Below are positions 10,501-19,563 of a stretch of 64,000 nucleotides of DNA, piece after piece. The DNA comes from Nitrospirota bacterium (GTDB lineage: Bacteria; Nitrospirota; UBA9217), in assembly GCA_963751455.1 (NCBI GenBank), contig CAVVUN010000001.1:448001-512000 (forward strand). Reading direction: 5' to 3'. Each line of letters opens with the position of its first letter. Positions within the stretch are counted from its first letter, which is position 1. Both the position numbers and the translations under genes were made by a program. The notes below the pieces were generated by a model. The model did not search any database. It worked only from the letters and a program-made list of their open reading frames with translations, and was not told the DNA's origin.

Positions 10501-13500
10501 CGGAATCCGCAGCCGACCAATTCATTCCGTCACTGGAAGAGATGACAGCGCCGTTAACACCCACGGATACGAATGTCCCATTGCCGAATGTGACATCTTT
10601 CAGGTTATTCGTGGTGGGTGATGTGGCCGAAGTCCATGTATTTCCGTCAACGGACGACAGTACCGCTCCTCCGCTGCCTACGGCGACAAACGTGTTATTT
10701 CCGTAGGTCATTCCCGCCAGATCACTCTTCGAACCCGTGGTTCGGTTGTTCCATGCGCTCCCATCGGCCGATGTGAGTATGACATTCGGCCAACCAGTCG
10801 CTATATAGAGGTTATTAGCGAAAGAGACGCTGCTGAGATTGTCGGTGATTCCGGAAGATTTCGGCGTCCAGGAAATGCCGTCGGTTGAAGACAGGATGGT
10901 CCCTGAATCGCCGACAGCCATGAACGTTCCGATTCCGTCGAACGCAACTCCATAGATCCAGTTCGCCTGGCCGGTCGAATGGGATGTCCAGATTAAACCG
11001 TCTGATGAGGTGAGAACAGTGCCGTTATAAACAGTGACAACGAACGTATTATTGCCGAAAGCCGCATCTGTCAGCCAGTTCGTGGTGCCCGAAGTACTGT
11101 TTGTCCACGTGACGCCGTTGTCTGAAGACGTAAGGATTGTGCCGTTATAGCCGGAAGCAACAAAAATACCGTTGCCGAAAGCCACACCGAAGATATCATT
11201 CGCGGTATTTGATGTCCTGGCTGTCCATGTTACTCCGTCCGGAGATGTAACGATCGCGCCGGCTGCTCCAACCGCGACAAACTGGTTATTCTGGAAAATG
11301 ACTTTAATAAGCTCACTGGCGGTTCCCGATGTCCTGTTTGTCCATGTGATGCCGTCGGACGATGTCAGGATCGTGCCGGCGCCTCCGACAGCGACAAAGG
11401 TCCCATTGCCGAAAGCAACGCTGTCCAATATATAACTCGTTCCCGACGTCCGCATGGTCCAGGAGATGCCGTCCGCAGAGGTAAGGAGTGTTCCGTTGTA
11501 CCCTGTTAGTACGAACGTGCCGTTTCCGTACGCAGCCTCCTGCAGCTGGTTTCCCTGCGGGAGCGGATTTCTCCACTCCCATATATCGAGAGAGCCGCCC
11601 TCCGACGGTTCGGGCGGGGTCGTGTCGAGCGTGATAGTGGCCGTTACGGCGCTCGACAGACTTCCTGCGCCGTCCTGGAACTTGACAAAAACCGTCTTCG
11701 GCCCGTCACCTGAAGAAAGGTTCCAGGTCGTGGTCGTTGCATACGAGGCCAGACCCGTATAGTTCACGTTGTCATTGCTGATCTGCATCTGGCTGCAGCT
11801 GCTGGCCGCATCAAAGCAGGTGAACGCAAGAGTAACCGCCGGATCGTTCGTGAAGGAAGCGCTGCCGTTGATCGAAAGCGTGCCCGTCGGAGGCGTGATG
11901 TCGACGATACTTAAAACGAGGGATGGTGAATAGGACACGTTCCAGGACAACCCACCGCCGGGCGACGGAATGTTCAAAGTTCCGGTCTGTGAGGCGTACG
12001 TCATGACTGTATACGTCTGGCCGGTTGCAAGTGTATGTCCACCAACCAGGTTCACGATCATGGACCCGCCAAGGGATGCATTCCCGCTGACCGCAAGCTG
12101 GTCGTACTGGCCTGTTCCTGTGCCGCCCAGATCGATATTGATGACGCTCGATGCTGTCTGGGGAAGTGGTCCGGTTACATTCAGTGTGCCCGAAGTTCCT
12201 GGCGCTGCAGGATCGATCGCGCCGTTGTTCGTGAACGTCCCGGACGACACATCAAGCGTCCCAGAGCCCTGGATTAATCCTGTATTAGTCAATGCGCTGA
12301 TCGGCGACACAGTCCCGGTCTGGACATCGAGAATACCGCTGTTGTTAAACGGTATACCGAGCGCGGTCGCGCCTGTCGTGGTGGTCTTCCTGAACGTACC
12401 TGAATTGTTGAATATGCCGCCGGTACTGTTGGCCATATTCACGTCACTCTGGACCTCGAAGATCGATCCCGTCTGGTTATTGATGGTCCCGTTGTTGTAG
12501 AAGTACAGAGGTCCGGAGCCTCCCCAGGTCGCTGTTCCGGCTATATTTAACACCCTTGTATCAAGGTTCTTACTCAATGTACCGCTTATCGAGAGCGTCC
12601 CTCCGGATGGAATAACCGTGCTTCCCGTGCCGGTCATGTATCCGTCGTTCCATGTTGCCGTCTGTGCGGTCACAATACCGCTGCCTGAGAGGTATCCGTC
12701 CGATATGTTCAAACCCGTAGTCGTTGAGTTCGCATTATCGAAGTTAACCGTGGCGCTGCCCGATAAGGTCGTTATGCCGGTTACGTCGTATGTTACCCCT
12801 GTGCCGATCGTCGTAGTGCCGCCGTTGTTAAAGTTGATCCCTCCGGTCCCGCTAAGCGAAGCAGGAGAATTGATGGTGTATGTTGCGCTGCTGAACACAA
12901 GTGTGCCGGGCTTCGTTGCCGTAAATAATCCCGTGCCGGTTCCTCCGCTGTTCAAAGACACAGAACCGCTCTGTATGTCCATAGCACCGTTGTTGTTGAA
13001 CGGTATACCGACCGTTGTCGCACCCGTTGCTGCGGTGGTCTTCCTGAACGTACCGGAATTGTTGAATAGGCCGCCGAAACTGTTGGACATGTTCGTATCA
13101 TTCTGGACATCGAAGAAGGCTCCCGTCTGGTTGTTGATGGTCCCGTTGTTGTAGAAGTACATATACCCGGTGCCTGTCCAGGTGGCTGTGCCGGCTATAT
13201 TCAACAGCCTTGCATCAAGGTGCTTACTCGGTGTCCCGCTTATAGAGAGCGTCCCACCGGACGTAATAACCGTGCTTCCTGTACCGCTCATGTATCCGCC
13301 GCTCCATGTTGCTGTCTGTACGGTCACGATACCACTGCCCGAAAGATACCCCGCCAAAACCACCAACCCGACCGTACTCGCGTTCGTGTTAAAGGCCGCT
13401 GCGGCCGCGCCCCCGGTCACGCTCGTCACACCCGCTACATTGTACGTCACCCCGGATGCGATCGTCGCGGTACCGCCGCTGAAGTCGATCGTGCCTGTCC

Positions 13501-16500
13501 CTCCCATATTTCCCGCATCAATGCTGTGCGTACCACCGCTGAACCGCAGTGTTCCGGGAGATGTTGCAATAAACGAACCTGTCGTATGCGTACCGCCGTT
13601 GTTCAATGAGACGATGCCGCTCTGTATATCCACGCTCCCGCTGTTATTGAACGGGATAGCGATGGTAGTCGTACCCGTTGCAACCGTCTTCCGGAACGTG
13701 CCGTAGTTAGTGAAAATTCCTCCCGATGAGTTCTGCATGGGTACATTGCTCTGGATATCGAAGATCCCGCTCACCAGGTTATTGAATTTCCCGTTGTTGT
13801 AGAAGTACATCCAACCCGTGCCGCTCCACGTTGCCGTACCGTTGTTGTTCAAGGTCCGGGTGTCCACGTTCACGCTGCTCGCACCGCTGATCGAAAGGGT
13901 GCCGTTCACGTCCGTGCTGCCCGAGCCGCCCATGGTACCACCCGTCCAGGTCCCGGTTGTGGCCGAAACAACGCCGCTCCCCGTCAGCGTACCGCTCGAA
14001 ACCAGCAGGCCGACCGTAATGGCATTCGTGTTAAAGGCTGCGGCAGTCGCACCGGTCACGCTCGTCACACCCGTTACAAAGTACGTAACCCCCGATGCGA
14101 TCGTCGTGGTCCCGCCGCTGAAGTCGATCGTGCCCGTCCCGCCCACATTTCCCGCGGCGATGCTGTGCGTACCGCCGCCGAACCGCAGGGTTCCGGGAGA
14201 TGTCGCACTAAGCGAACCCGTCGTATGCGTGCCGCCGTTGTTCAACGATACGGTGCCGCTCTGGATATCAACGCTGCCGCTGTTATTGAACGGGATGGAA
14301 ATCGTGCTCGTAGCTGTCGCAACTGTTTTCCGGAACGTACCATAGTTGTTGAACACACCACCTGATGAATTTTGCATAGTCTGGTCGTTCCGGATATCGA
14401 AAAGTCCGCCCGCCTGGTTATTGATAGCGGCATTGTTGTAGAAGTACATCCAGTTCGTGTTGGTCAACGCTGTCGTGCCGCTGTTGTTCAGAGTTCGGGT
14501 ATCAAGATACACACCGCTCGAGCCGCTGATGGTAAGCGTAGCTCCCGACAGAATATTCGTGCTCCCCGTGCCGCTCATCGTGCCGCTCGTCCACGTCAGC
14601 GAAGTCCCGGATACAGTTAACGCGCTGCTTCCTCCCAGGGTACCGCCGGACAACGTCAGTGGTACAGTAGTCGTTATCGGAGTGTTGATATTGACCGTCC
14701 CGCTGTTGATCGCCATCGCTCCGGTCCCGCCGAGCGATGCCCCGGCATCAAAATTATGAGTACCGCTTACAAATTGAAGAACACCCGGAGATGTCGCTGT
14801 AAACGGGCCCGTATACGTGCCGCTGGTCAACGATACGATGCCGCTCTGTATTTCGACGTTCCCGCTGTTAATGAACGGAATCGCGATCGTGCTCGTAGCT
14901 GTTGCAACTGTTTTCCGGAATGTGCCGTAGTTGTTGAAAACACCACCCGATGAGTTCTGCATGGTCTGGTCGTTTCGGATATCGAAAAGTGCACCCACCT
15001 GGTTATTGATAGCGGCATTGTTATAGAAGTACACCCAGTTCGCGTTGGTCAACGCAGTTGTACCGCTGTTATTCAAGGTTCGGGCGTCCAGGCTGACGCT
15101 GCTGGTGCCGCTGATCGTAAGCGTAGCTCCCGACAGAATATTCGTGCTCCCCGTGCCGCTCATCGTGCCGCTTGTCCATGTCAGCGAACTTCCCGAGACG
15201 CTTAACGTGCCGCTTCCTCCCAAGGTGCCGCCAGACAGCGTCAGTGGCACAGTACTCGTTATCGCAGTGTTTATATTGACTGTGCCGGTGCTGATCACGA
15301 TCGCTCCCGTTCCTCCGAGCGAAACTCCTGTATTAAAATTATGCGTGCCGCCGCCAAACCGCAGTGTTCCGGGCGATGTCGCAGTAAACGGGCTCGTATC
15401 CGTGCCGCCATTGCTCAACGATACGGTGCCGCTCCGGATATCCACGCTACCGCTGTTATTGAATGGAATAGAGATCGTGCTCGTAGCCGTTGCAACCGTC
15501 TTCCGGAACGTCCCATAGTTATTGAACACACCACCCGATGAATTCTGCATGGTCTGATCGTTTTGGATATCGAAAAGTCCGCCCGTGTTGTTATTGATAG
15601 TGGCATTGTTGTAGAAGGACATCCAGTTCGTGTTGGCCCACACAACCGTACCGCTGTTGTTCAAAGTCCGGGTGTCCAGGCTAACGCTGCTCGTGCCGCT
15701 GATTGTTAGCGTCGCGCCCGAAACAATATTCGTGCTCCCTGTGCCGCTCATTGAACCGCCCGACCAATTGTATGCCCCGTTCACCGTGAGGCTGCCGGGC
15801 CCTGTTATTGTCCCACTGGAATGATTCAGGATACCGTTTGTATTAATCGAGCTGGCATTGTTCAACGTCAGCGTGTTCCCGGATATCGAGAGTGTTTGTT
15901 TAGTAGAGGATCCGCCGAGGGAGAGGCTCGCTACTGTCGCATTCGTATCAAGTGTGACTGTACAATTGATACAACCGTCTCCGATTACGACATCATTCAA
16001 GTCAGTTGGAACCCCAGCCGGACTCCAGTTACCCGCTGTGTTCCAGAGACCACCTGCTGAAGAAATCCATGTCTTAACCGATGAAGAAACATTCAGCGTT
16101 AACCCCGAGCTATTATACGCAGGGCTCCACATTTTACCGCTAAGCGCTGGGTAATCGTAAGTCGAGTATTGCCCGATGGCTGCTATGACCATAGAAGAAT
16201 CAAGCACGAAGAATGTATTACCAATGGCCGGCACAAAGCCGCTCAGAAGAAGCACCCTCAGAGTGCCGCCGAGAGTATAAGTATCGGTCTGAGTTCCAAA
16301 TACTATCTGGTCATAATCGACACCAGCGGTCGCCTGCCCCTGCATTTCTATCTCCGTTATGCCGGCAGCGGCGTGCGTAAACGGCCCTGAGAATGTTAAT
16401 TTCCCGATTGCACCAACGCCTCCCGGCCGGATGGTTCCCTCATTGGTAATCAGCACTCCAGTAGACAGGGTACCGTTTCCTTCTATTGACCCTGTGGATG

Positions 16501-17107
16501 TATTCGTGAGCGATCCGCTAGTGTTGAGCGTCGGAGGTGAAGCACCCCCGACGAGCGTGATCAAGCCGCTGTTCGTATGAACGCCCCCGGCCTTATTGAA
16601 AGACATGCCCTTATTAATCGTGATCGTTCCCTGGTTAACAACGTTACCATTAATGTAGTTCTCGGTAATAGATGTACCGGAATCGGTAATCATGCCGATA
16701 GCCGTGTTGGTGATGGTGCCGCTGCTTATAAGAGTTGCACCTCCTGTTGAGACAGAGTTGATCTGAATTGTTCCGTTATTGGTAACTCCATTTACGGCTG
16801 TCAGGCTGATTGCCGACCCGACATTGGCGATTTTCAAGGTCGAGCCGCTTCCGATAAAGAGCGAATTTACGGTTACACTCAAATTTGATGCATCCACCAA
16901 GCCGGACGACGCAGGGATATCGACGTCATCCGTCGAGGTAGGAACGGCATTCGTGGACCAGTTAGCTGCATCCGTCCATGATGTCGTTGTCGCGCCGCCG
17001 TCCCAAGTGACGGCTGCGCTGGCAACTGAAGAGTAAAATGTGAGAAGCAGCAGACTAGACCATAACAGCAAGCGAATATATCGTGGATTATTGGAAGGCA
17101 TAGTCAC
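7547..17107 (-). CDS. Giant (3186 aa) secreted surface protein: beta-helix-like repeats, Asp-box/BNR propeller repeats, Ig-like and divergent InlB-B repeats, C-terminal dockerin-like domain
   Basis: Signal peptide; W..A.NWS..VP...D.V motifs; six NxGTFRK repeats; many TSxDGxTW repeats; ITATFSEDMD Ig-like domain; YGxDQTFTITP..GYHI; DLDKNNMVDGKD Ca-binding loop. Confidence 0.85.
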   Translation of the reverse strand: MTMPSNNPRYIRLLLWSSLLLLTFYSSVASAAVTWDGGATTTSWTDAANWSTNAVPTSTDDVDIPASSGLVDASNLSVTVNSLFIGSGSTLKIANVGSAISLTAVNGVTNNGTIQINSVSTGGATLISSGTITNTAIGMITDSGTSITENYINGNVVNQGTITINKGMSFNKAGGVHTNSGLITLVGGASPPTLNTSGSLTNTSTGSIEGNGTLSTGVLITNEGTIRPGGVGAIGKLTFSGPFTHAAAGITEIEMQGQATAGVDYDQIVFGTQTDTYTLGGTLRVLLLSGFVPAIGNTFFVLDSSMVIAAIGQYSTYDYPALSGKMWSPAYNSSGLTLNVSSSVKTWISSAGGLWNTAGNWSPAGVPTDLNDVVIGDGCINCTVTLDTNATVASLSLGGSSTKQTLSISGNTLTLNNASSINTNGILNHSSGTITGPGSLTVNGAYNWSGGSMSGTGSTNIVSGATLTISGTSSVSLDTRTLNNSGTVVWANTNWMSFYNNATINNNTGGLFDIQNDQTMQNSSGGVFNNYGTFRKTVATATSTISIPFNNSGSVDIRSGTVSLSNGGTDTSPFTATSPGTLRFGGGTHNFNTGVSLGGTGAIVISTGTVNINTAITSTVPLTLSGGTLGGSGTLSVSGSSLTWTSGTMSGTGSTNILSGATLTISGTSSVSLDARTLNNSGTTALTNANWVYFYNNAAINNQVGALFDIRNDQTMQNSSGGVFNNYGTFRKTVATATSTIAIPFINSGNVEIQSGIVSLTSGTYTGPFTATSPGVLQFVSGTHNFDAGASLGGTGAMAINSGTVNINTPITTTVPLTLSGGTLGGSSALTVSGTSLTWTSGTMSGTGSTNILSGATLTISGSSGVYLDTRTLNNSGTTALTNTNWMYFYNNAAINNQAGGLFDIRNDQTMQNSSGGVFNNYGTFRKTVATATSTISIPFNNSGSVDIQSGTVSLNNGGTHTTGSLSATSPGTLRFGGGTHSIAAGNVGGTGTIDFSGGTTTIASGVTYFVTGVTSVTGATAAAFNTNAITVGLLVSSGTLTGSGVVSATTGTWTGGTMGGSGSTDVNGTLSISGASSVNVDTRTLNNNGTATWSGTGWMYFYNNGKFNNLVSGIFDIQSNVPMQNSSGGIFTNYGTFRKTVATGTTTIAIPFNNSGSVDIQSGIVSLNNGGTHTTGSFIATSPGTLRFSGGTHSIDAGNMGGTGTIDFSGGTATIASGVTYNVAGVTSVTGGAAAAAFNTNASTVGLVVLAGYLSGSGIVTVQTATWSGGYMSGTGSTVITSGGTLSISGTPSKHLDARLLNIAGTATWTGTGYMYFYNNGTINNQTGAFFDVQNDTNMSNSFGGLFNNSGTFRKTTAATGATTVGIPFNNNGAMDIQSGSVSLNSGGTGTGLFTATKPGTLVFSSATYTINSPASLSGTGGINFNNGGTTTIGTGVTYDVTGITTLSGSATVNFDNANSTTTGLNISDGYLSGSGIVTAQTATWNDGYMTGTGSTVIPSGGTLSISGTLSKNLDTRVLNIAGTATWGGSGPLYFYNNGTINNQTGSIFEVQSDVNMANSTGGIFNNSGTFRKTTTTGATALGIPFNNSGILDVQTGTVSPISALTNTGLIQGSGTLDVSSGTFTNNGAIDPAAPGTSGTLNVTGPLPQTASSVINIDLGGTGTGQYDQLAVSGNASLGGSMIVNLVGGHTLATGQTYTVMTYASQTGTLNIPSPGGGLSWNVSYSPSLVLSIVDITPPTGTLSINGSASFTNDPAVTLAFTCFDAASSCSQMQISNDNVNYTGLASYATTTTWNLSSGDGPKTVFVKFQDGAGSLSSAVTATITLDTTPPEPSEGGSLDIWEWRNPLPQGNQLQEAAYGNGTFVLTGYNGTLLTSADGISWTMRTSGTSYILDSVAFGNGTFVAVGGAGTILTSSDGITWTNRTSGTASELIKVIFQNNQFVAVGAAGAIVTSPDGVTWTARTSNTANDIFGVAFGNGIFVASGYNGTILTSSDNGVTWTNSTSGTTNWLTDAAFGNNTFVVTVYNGTVLTSSDGLIWTSHSTGQANWIYGVAFDGIGTFMAVGDSGTILSSTDGISWTPKSSGITDNLSSVSFANNLYIATGWPNVILTSADGSAWNNRTTGSKSDLAGMTYGNNTFVAVGSGGAVLSSVDGNTWTSATSPTTNNLKDVTFGNGTFVSVGVNGAVISSSDGMNWSAADSGTTIYDPYGVAFGNNMFVAVGGGIEGAMGYLTLTSPDGINWAMIDHYSDYMLYDVAFGNGLFVAVGYQGTIMTSSNGTTWTLGPSGVTTDLYGITFANNMFISVGASGTILTSADGVDWSPASSPTSSDLRGIAFGNNTFLAAGSSTILSSTDGTNWNERTMDVTTNGLNAVAVGGDTALVAGNYGTILGASMAPGGTVSIFVNGGTGRTASPAVSLTLTCTDIGSGCAEMQFSDDGISYTTPETRAPSRSWNLPSGDGLKTVYAKFKDNAGNWSAAYSDTVLLDTVPPLVSSVTPTAGAANIPVDTAITATFSEDMDQTTIASSFIVTGVTGTVGYDGLSKTATFTPSSSLATGTTYTATLSTGAQDLAGNGLAADYSWNFTTVTSATITATTGAGGSISPTGAVSVNYGADQAFTITPGAGYHITGILIDGVSQNIVSSYTFTTVTANHTIDASFGIDTFLITANIGTGGSINPSPSITVNYGSDQTFTITPNTGYHIIDVLIDGISQGIISAYTFTSVTASHTIDASFAINTYTITASATTGGTVSPSGPVSVNHGSSQSFTITPLAGYYVADVLADGVSVGAVLSYSFSSVAANHTISAVFAATTAPPSFSSTSPAADSVISNARVGYTLDKDVASGTVTFTWTGGVTDLVSARTYTFTETSAGSHTADTGLTLVNGAIYTVTFQATDSQGNTASVPNANITYDETIPSVAITGPVSNSRVNTARISYTLSETVTGGTITIIQTGGTTDALSPYTYPLSSSELTAGGHTIDTGKALVNGAIYTFEIGNMVDTAGNTSATALSTNIEFDNQSVVITVTSPSTKAIISSATVTYSLSESAQSGTITFTRTAGSQDTASPQVYTMQTADLSQGTHSLSTGITLVDGAFYTVSFTATDLVANPATSVSNAKVNYATGYDPVHPWNVDNSGALNSVDEADVQKVFHAFGSRPGDTYWNPVCDLDKNNMVDGKDMMILQQHYGETW
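12360..15760 (-). repeat. Six intragenic tandem repeats of about 585-655 bp
   Basis: The FNNxGTFRK-coding segment recurs near 12407, 13061, 13711, 14351, 14933 and 15521; some blocks are nucleotide-identical over about 50 bp. Confidence 0.85.
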
Positions 17108-17365
17108 CTCGCGACTTACTGAAAAATACTTTAGTAGCAGTTTTTTTTGTATATGAGTTCACTTGCGAATTGTAATTTGAGGTTTTGCAATCTTTTGTAT
17201 CAGGTCGAGTATCGTATTTTTTTAAAAAAATGACAAGTGAATTCTTACATTAAAGCGGGGTATTTTAAGGGTATGGTTATTGTAGATTGATTATCTACAA
17301 AATGTATGGAAGTTAGAAACAAAAAGGGCCGGTCTTGAACTAACCGGACTTTTATATTCATTTTA

Positions 17366-17406
17366 TGGTGCACTGGGGTGACTCGAAACCCGAACGCGGT
17401 TTAGGA
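17366..17406 (-). repeat. Degenerate tRNA-Arg(CCT) 3'-half copy (att site)
   Basis: TGGTGCACTGGGGTGACTCGAAACCCGAACGCGGTTTAGGA aligns to 24300-24343 with a few substitutions and gaps. Confidence 0.85.
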
Positions 17407-17471
17407 CATGTCGGGTCTGCAAATCGTTAGCAGTTATTATTCGGAATACTTCACCTCCCATGATTAGTTGA

Positions 17472-17498
17472 AAGCCGGCCTCCAATGAGGCCGGCTTA
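17472..17498. terminator. GC hairpin downstream of the cytochrome gene
   Basis: AAGCCGGCCTC-CAAT-GAGGCCGGCTT. Confidence 0.6.
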
Positions 17499-17587
17499 TC
17501 TTACCCTGAAGCGCTTTGAGGTATAAACCAAATCCCTCTTTGCGAGATCGCATCACATTCCCCTGAATTAGCTTTGCCTGCCGGGGT

Positions 17588-19045
17588 CTATTCAATGCTT
17601 GATCCATTCGTTGAGAGCGATTTCAGATATTCGATCAGATCGTTCTTTTCCGGATCGCTCAATCCCAATCCAAGTACCCTATTGTAATGGTTGACGACAT
17701 CCAGAAGCGTCGCGAATCTGCCGTCATGATAGAAGCGGCCCTTATTCTCGGGCTTCATGTTGATGCCGAGTTCCCGGACGAATATGCCTGCAAGGTTCAT
17801 CGTCTTGTATGCTTTCCCCGGCGACCGGTCTGATTGGAAGCTGTCAATCCCGATGTCTTCGGGTTTATGAGCATTCCATCCAGGCTCGGTCCAGAGAGGC
17901 TCGATATGGCAAGTCCCGCACAGCGCTTTTCCTCCGAAAAGCTCGTCCCCGCGCGAGGCCGCTGCTGCGTCAAAATCGACACCCGCTGTCGGCTTCGGAC
18001 CAAGAAGCGACAGCTGGTAAAGATGCAGGCCCGGAAGCTTCTTTGTGACCCGGTCGCTGTCCGCATCAACCGTTATATGGCCCTTCTTGAGAGCAACGGC
18101 GATCGGAAACCGGGGCGCGCTGTCCGGGAACTGCTGCGGATCGTCAAGCCGGGGGTCATGAAAATTTCCGATTCCTCCCATTTCGTGAACCGCAACAAGG
18201 GCGTTCCAATAGGGCACGCTCCCCCAGTCTGCAGTCCAGGTATGCATGTTATAACCGGCCATGCCATAGGCATTCGGAATCAGAGTGGCGGCGGGTTTGC
18301 CGTCAGGCCGGAACGCCTTGCCGTCGAAAAGCAGTTGGGCATCAAATTTTCCCGGCCCCCAACTATTCAGCACAGTCCGTACCGTTGCAGCGTCAATTGG
18401 AGCATCAACGACTTTCAGCTGGTTCACGATCGCACTCAAATCGGGCGCGAGGGCGATGATCGCTCCGACGTTTAAATCGCGGTTGGCCCAGCCGTCAAGC
18501 CGGTGACCAATGCCTGGCGCGAACGAATTGTCGACGGTTGAATGACACAGGCTGCACTGAATGCCGATTGATTGAAGCGAACCGTCGTTGTTGAAGAAAC
18601 CCGTAATGCCGAGCACTGCGTTCAGCTTGAACAGCGCAAGAGTCGTGGCCGGATCATCGAGGTCCACCTTTCCCTGTTTAATCTGATCGACAAGACTCGA
18701 GGGAAGAGCGTCCACGTCGACTTTGAGTCCGACATCGGGAGCGGTCTTCGGGCTTACACCCGGCCCGACTCCCCCGAAATTGGATCCCTCGATAGCTCGA
18801 TGAAGTTTGAGCGTATCACCCAAGAACTTTTCGTCACCGAAGGTATCGAACCGAAAGGTCTGCTGCCCTTCCTTCAGGAGATCTTCTGCCGTAGTACCCG
18901 TGGTATTCGAAACAGGATTCGTCTGGGTCGTCAGCGAATTCTGACCGGCAGCGTTATTATCCGCTTTTGCCGAACTGCAGCTGGACACTAGCACCCACAC
19001 AATAACGGGCAGTACCAGCAACTCTATTCCGTGAAATTTTCTCAT
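17588..19045 (-). CDS. Di-heme c-type cytochrome lipoprotein (peroxidase/RoxA-like superfamily)
   Basis: Lipobox VSSC; CSLCH and CGTCH; C-terminal FYHDGRFATLLDVV..Y...DLIEYLKSL. Confidence 0.75.
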   Translation of the reverse strand: MRKFHGIELLVLPVIVWVLVSSCSSAKADNNAAGQNSLTTQTNPVSNTTGTTAEDLLKEGQQTFRFDTFGDEKFLGDTLKLHRAIEGSNFGGVGPGVSPKTAPDVGLKVDVDALPSSLVDQIKQGKVDLDDPATTLALFKLNAVLGITGFFNNDGSLQSIGIQCSLCHSTVDNSFAPGIGHRLDGWANRDLNVGAIIALAPDLSAIVNQLKVVDAPIDAATVRTVLNSWGPGKFDAQLLFDGKAFRPDGKPAATLIPNAYGMAGYNMHTWTADWGSVPYWNALVAVHEMGGIGNFHDPRLDDPQQFPDSAPRFPIAVALKKGHITVDADSDRVTKKLPGLHLYQLSLLGPKPTAGVDFDAAAASRGDELFGGKALCGTCHIEPLWTEPGWNAHKPEDIGIDSFQSDRSPGKAYKTMNLAGIFVRELGINMKPENKGRFYHDGRFATLLDVVNHYNRVLGLGLSDPEKNDLIEYLKSLSTNGSSIE

Positions 19046-19374
19046 GGTGGTTCCTCCTTGGTGTTAATTTACCGGTTTTGAAGAAGAGGCGCTGCCCGTT
19101 TTTCCGGTCGTTGCGTTTTCGCTAATCGGGATCGGATTACTCAGCGCTTACCGAACTACAGTGAGTCTTTTAAGTATTTGCAGTATAAAGAACGGGCAGC
19201 TAAGACGCCGCTTTACGGGAACCATCATTCGTCCGACGGACAAGCGGTTCTTAAAATTCGAGCATTTTTTGGAAGATCAGTAAGAAGGGTTTTAGGGTTA
19301 AAAACGAATGTAAATCAGCAGACCTTTAAAAAGGCCGATACAGTCCTGTATAGGCCTTAAACCATTATTTATTA

Positions 19375-19420
19375 TGGTGCCCCTGGGGTGACTCGAATAC
19401 CCGGCACGCGGTTTAGGAAA
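19375..19420 (-). repeat. tRNA-Arg(CCT) 3'-half copy (att site)
   Basis: 45/46 match to 24300-24345. Confidence 0.92.
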
Positions 19421-19525
19421 TGTTGGGCAACACCATCTTTGTTTGATGATCAATTACATAAGATAATCATGGGGATTCTCGACCGACTCGTTAATGCGGT
19501 GGAAGACTTCGATTGCACAAACAAA

Positions 19526-19555
19526 TGAACAGGCGGGGCGAGCCCCGCCTGTTCA
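19526..19555. terminator. Hairpin terminator
   Basis: TGAACAGGCGGGG-CGAG-CCCCGCCTGTTCA just after the stop at 19564. Confidence 0.65.
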
Positions 19556-19563
19556 ACTCGATC

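Noticed and set aside
12360-15760. DGR template/variable repeat pair using the window's RT
   Set aside because: The repeats are all in-frame coding units with no adenine-specific pattern noticed, and the RT has group II domains V/VI.
7929-17036. Many plus-strand ORFs within the giant gene
   Set aside because: Antisense shadows of repetitive Thr/Gly/Ser/Asn codons.
19091-19200. Riboswitch upstream of the cytochrome gene (10-bp IR GCTGCCCGTT/AACGGGCAGC)
   Set aside because: No recognisable aptamer motifs; one short IR is not enough.
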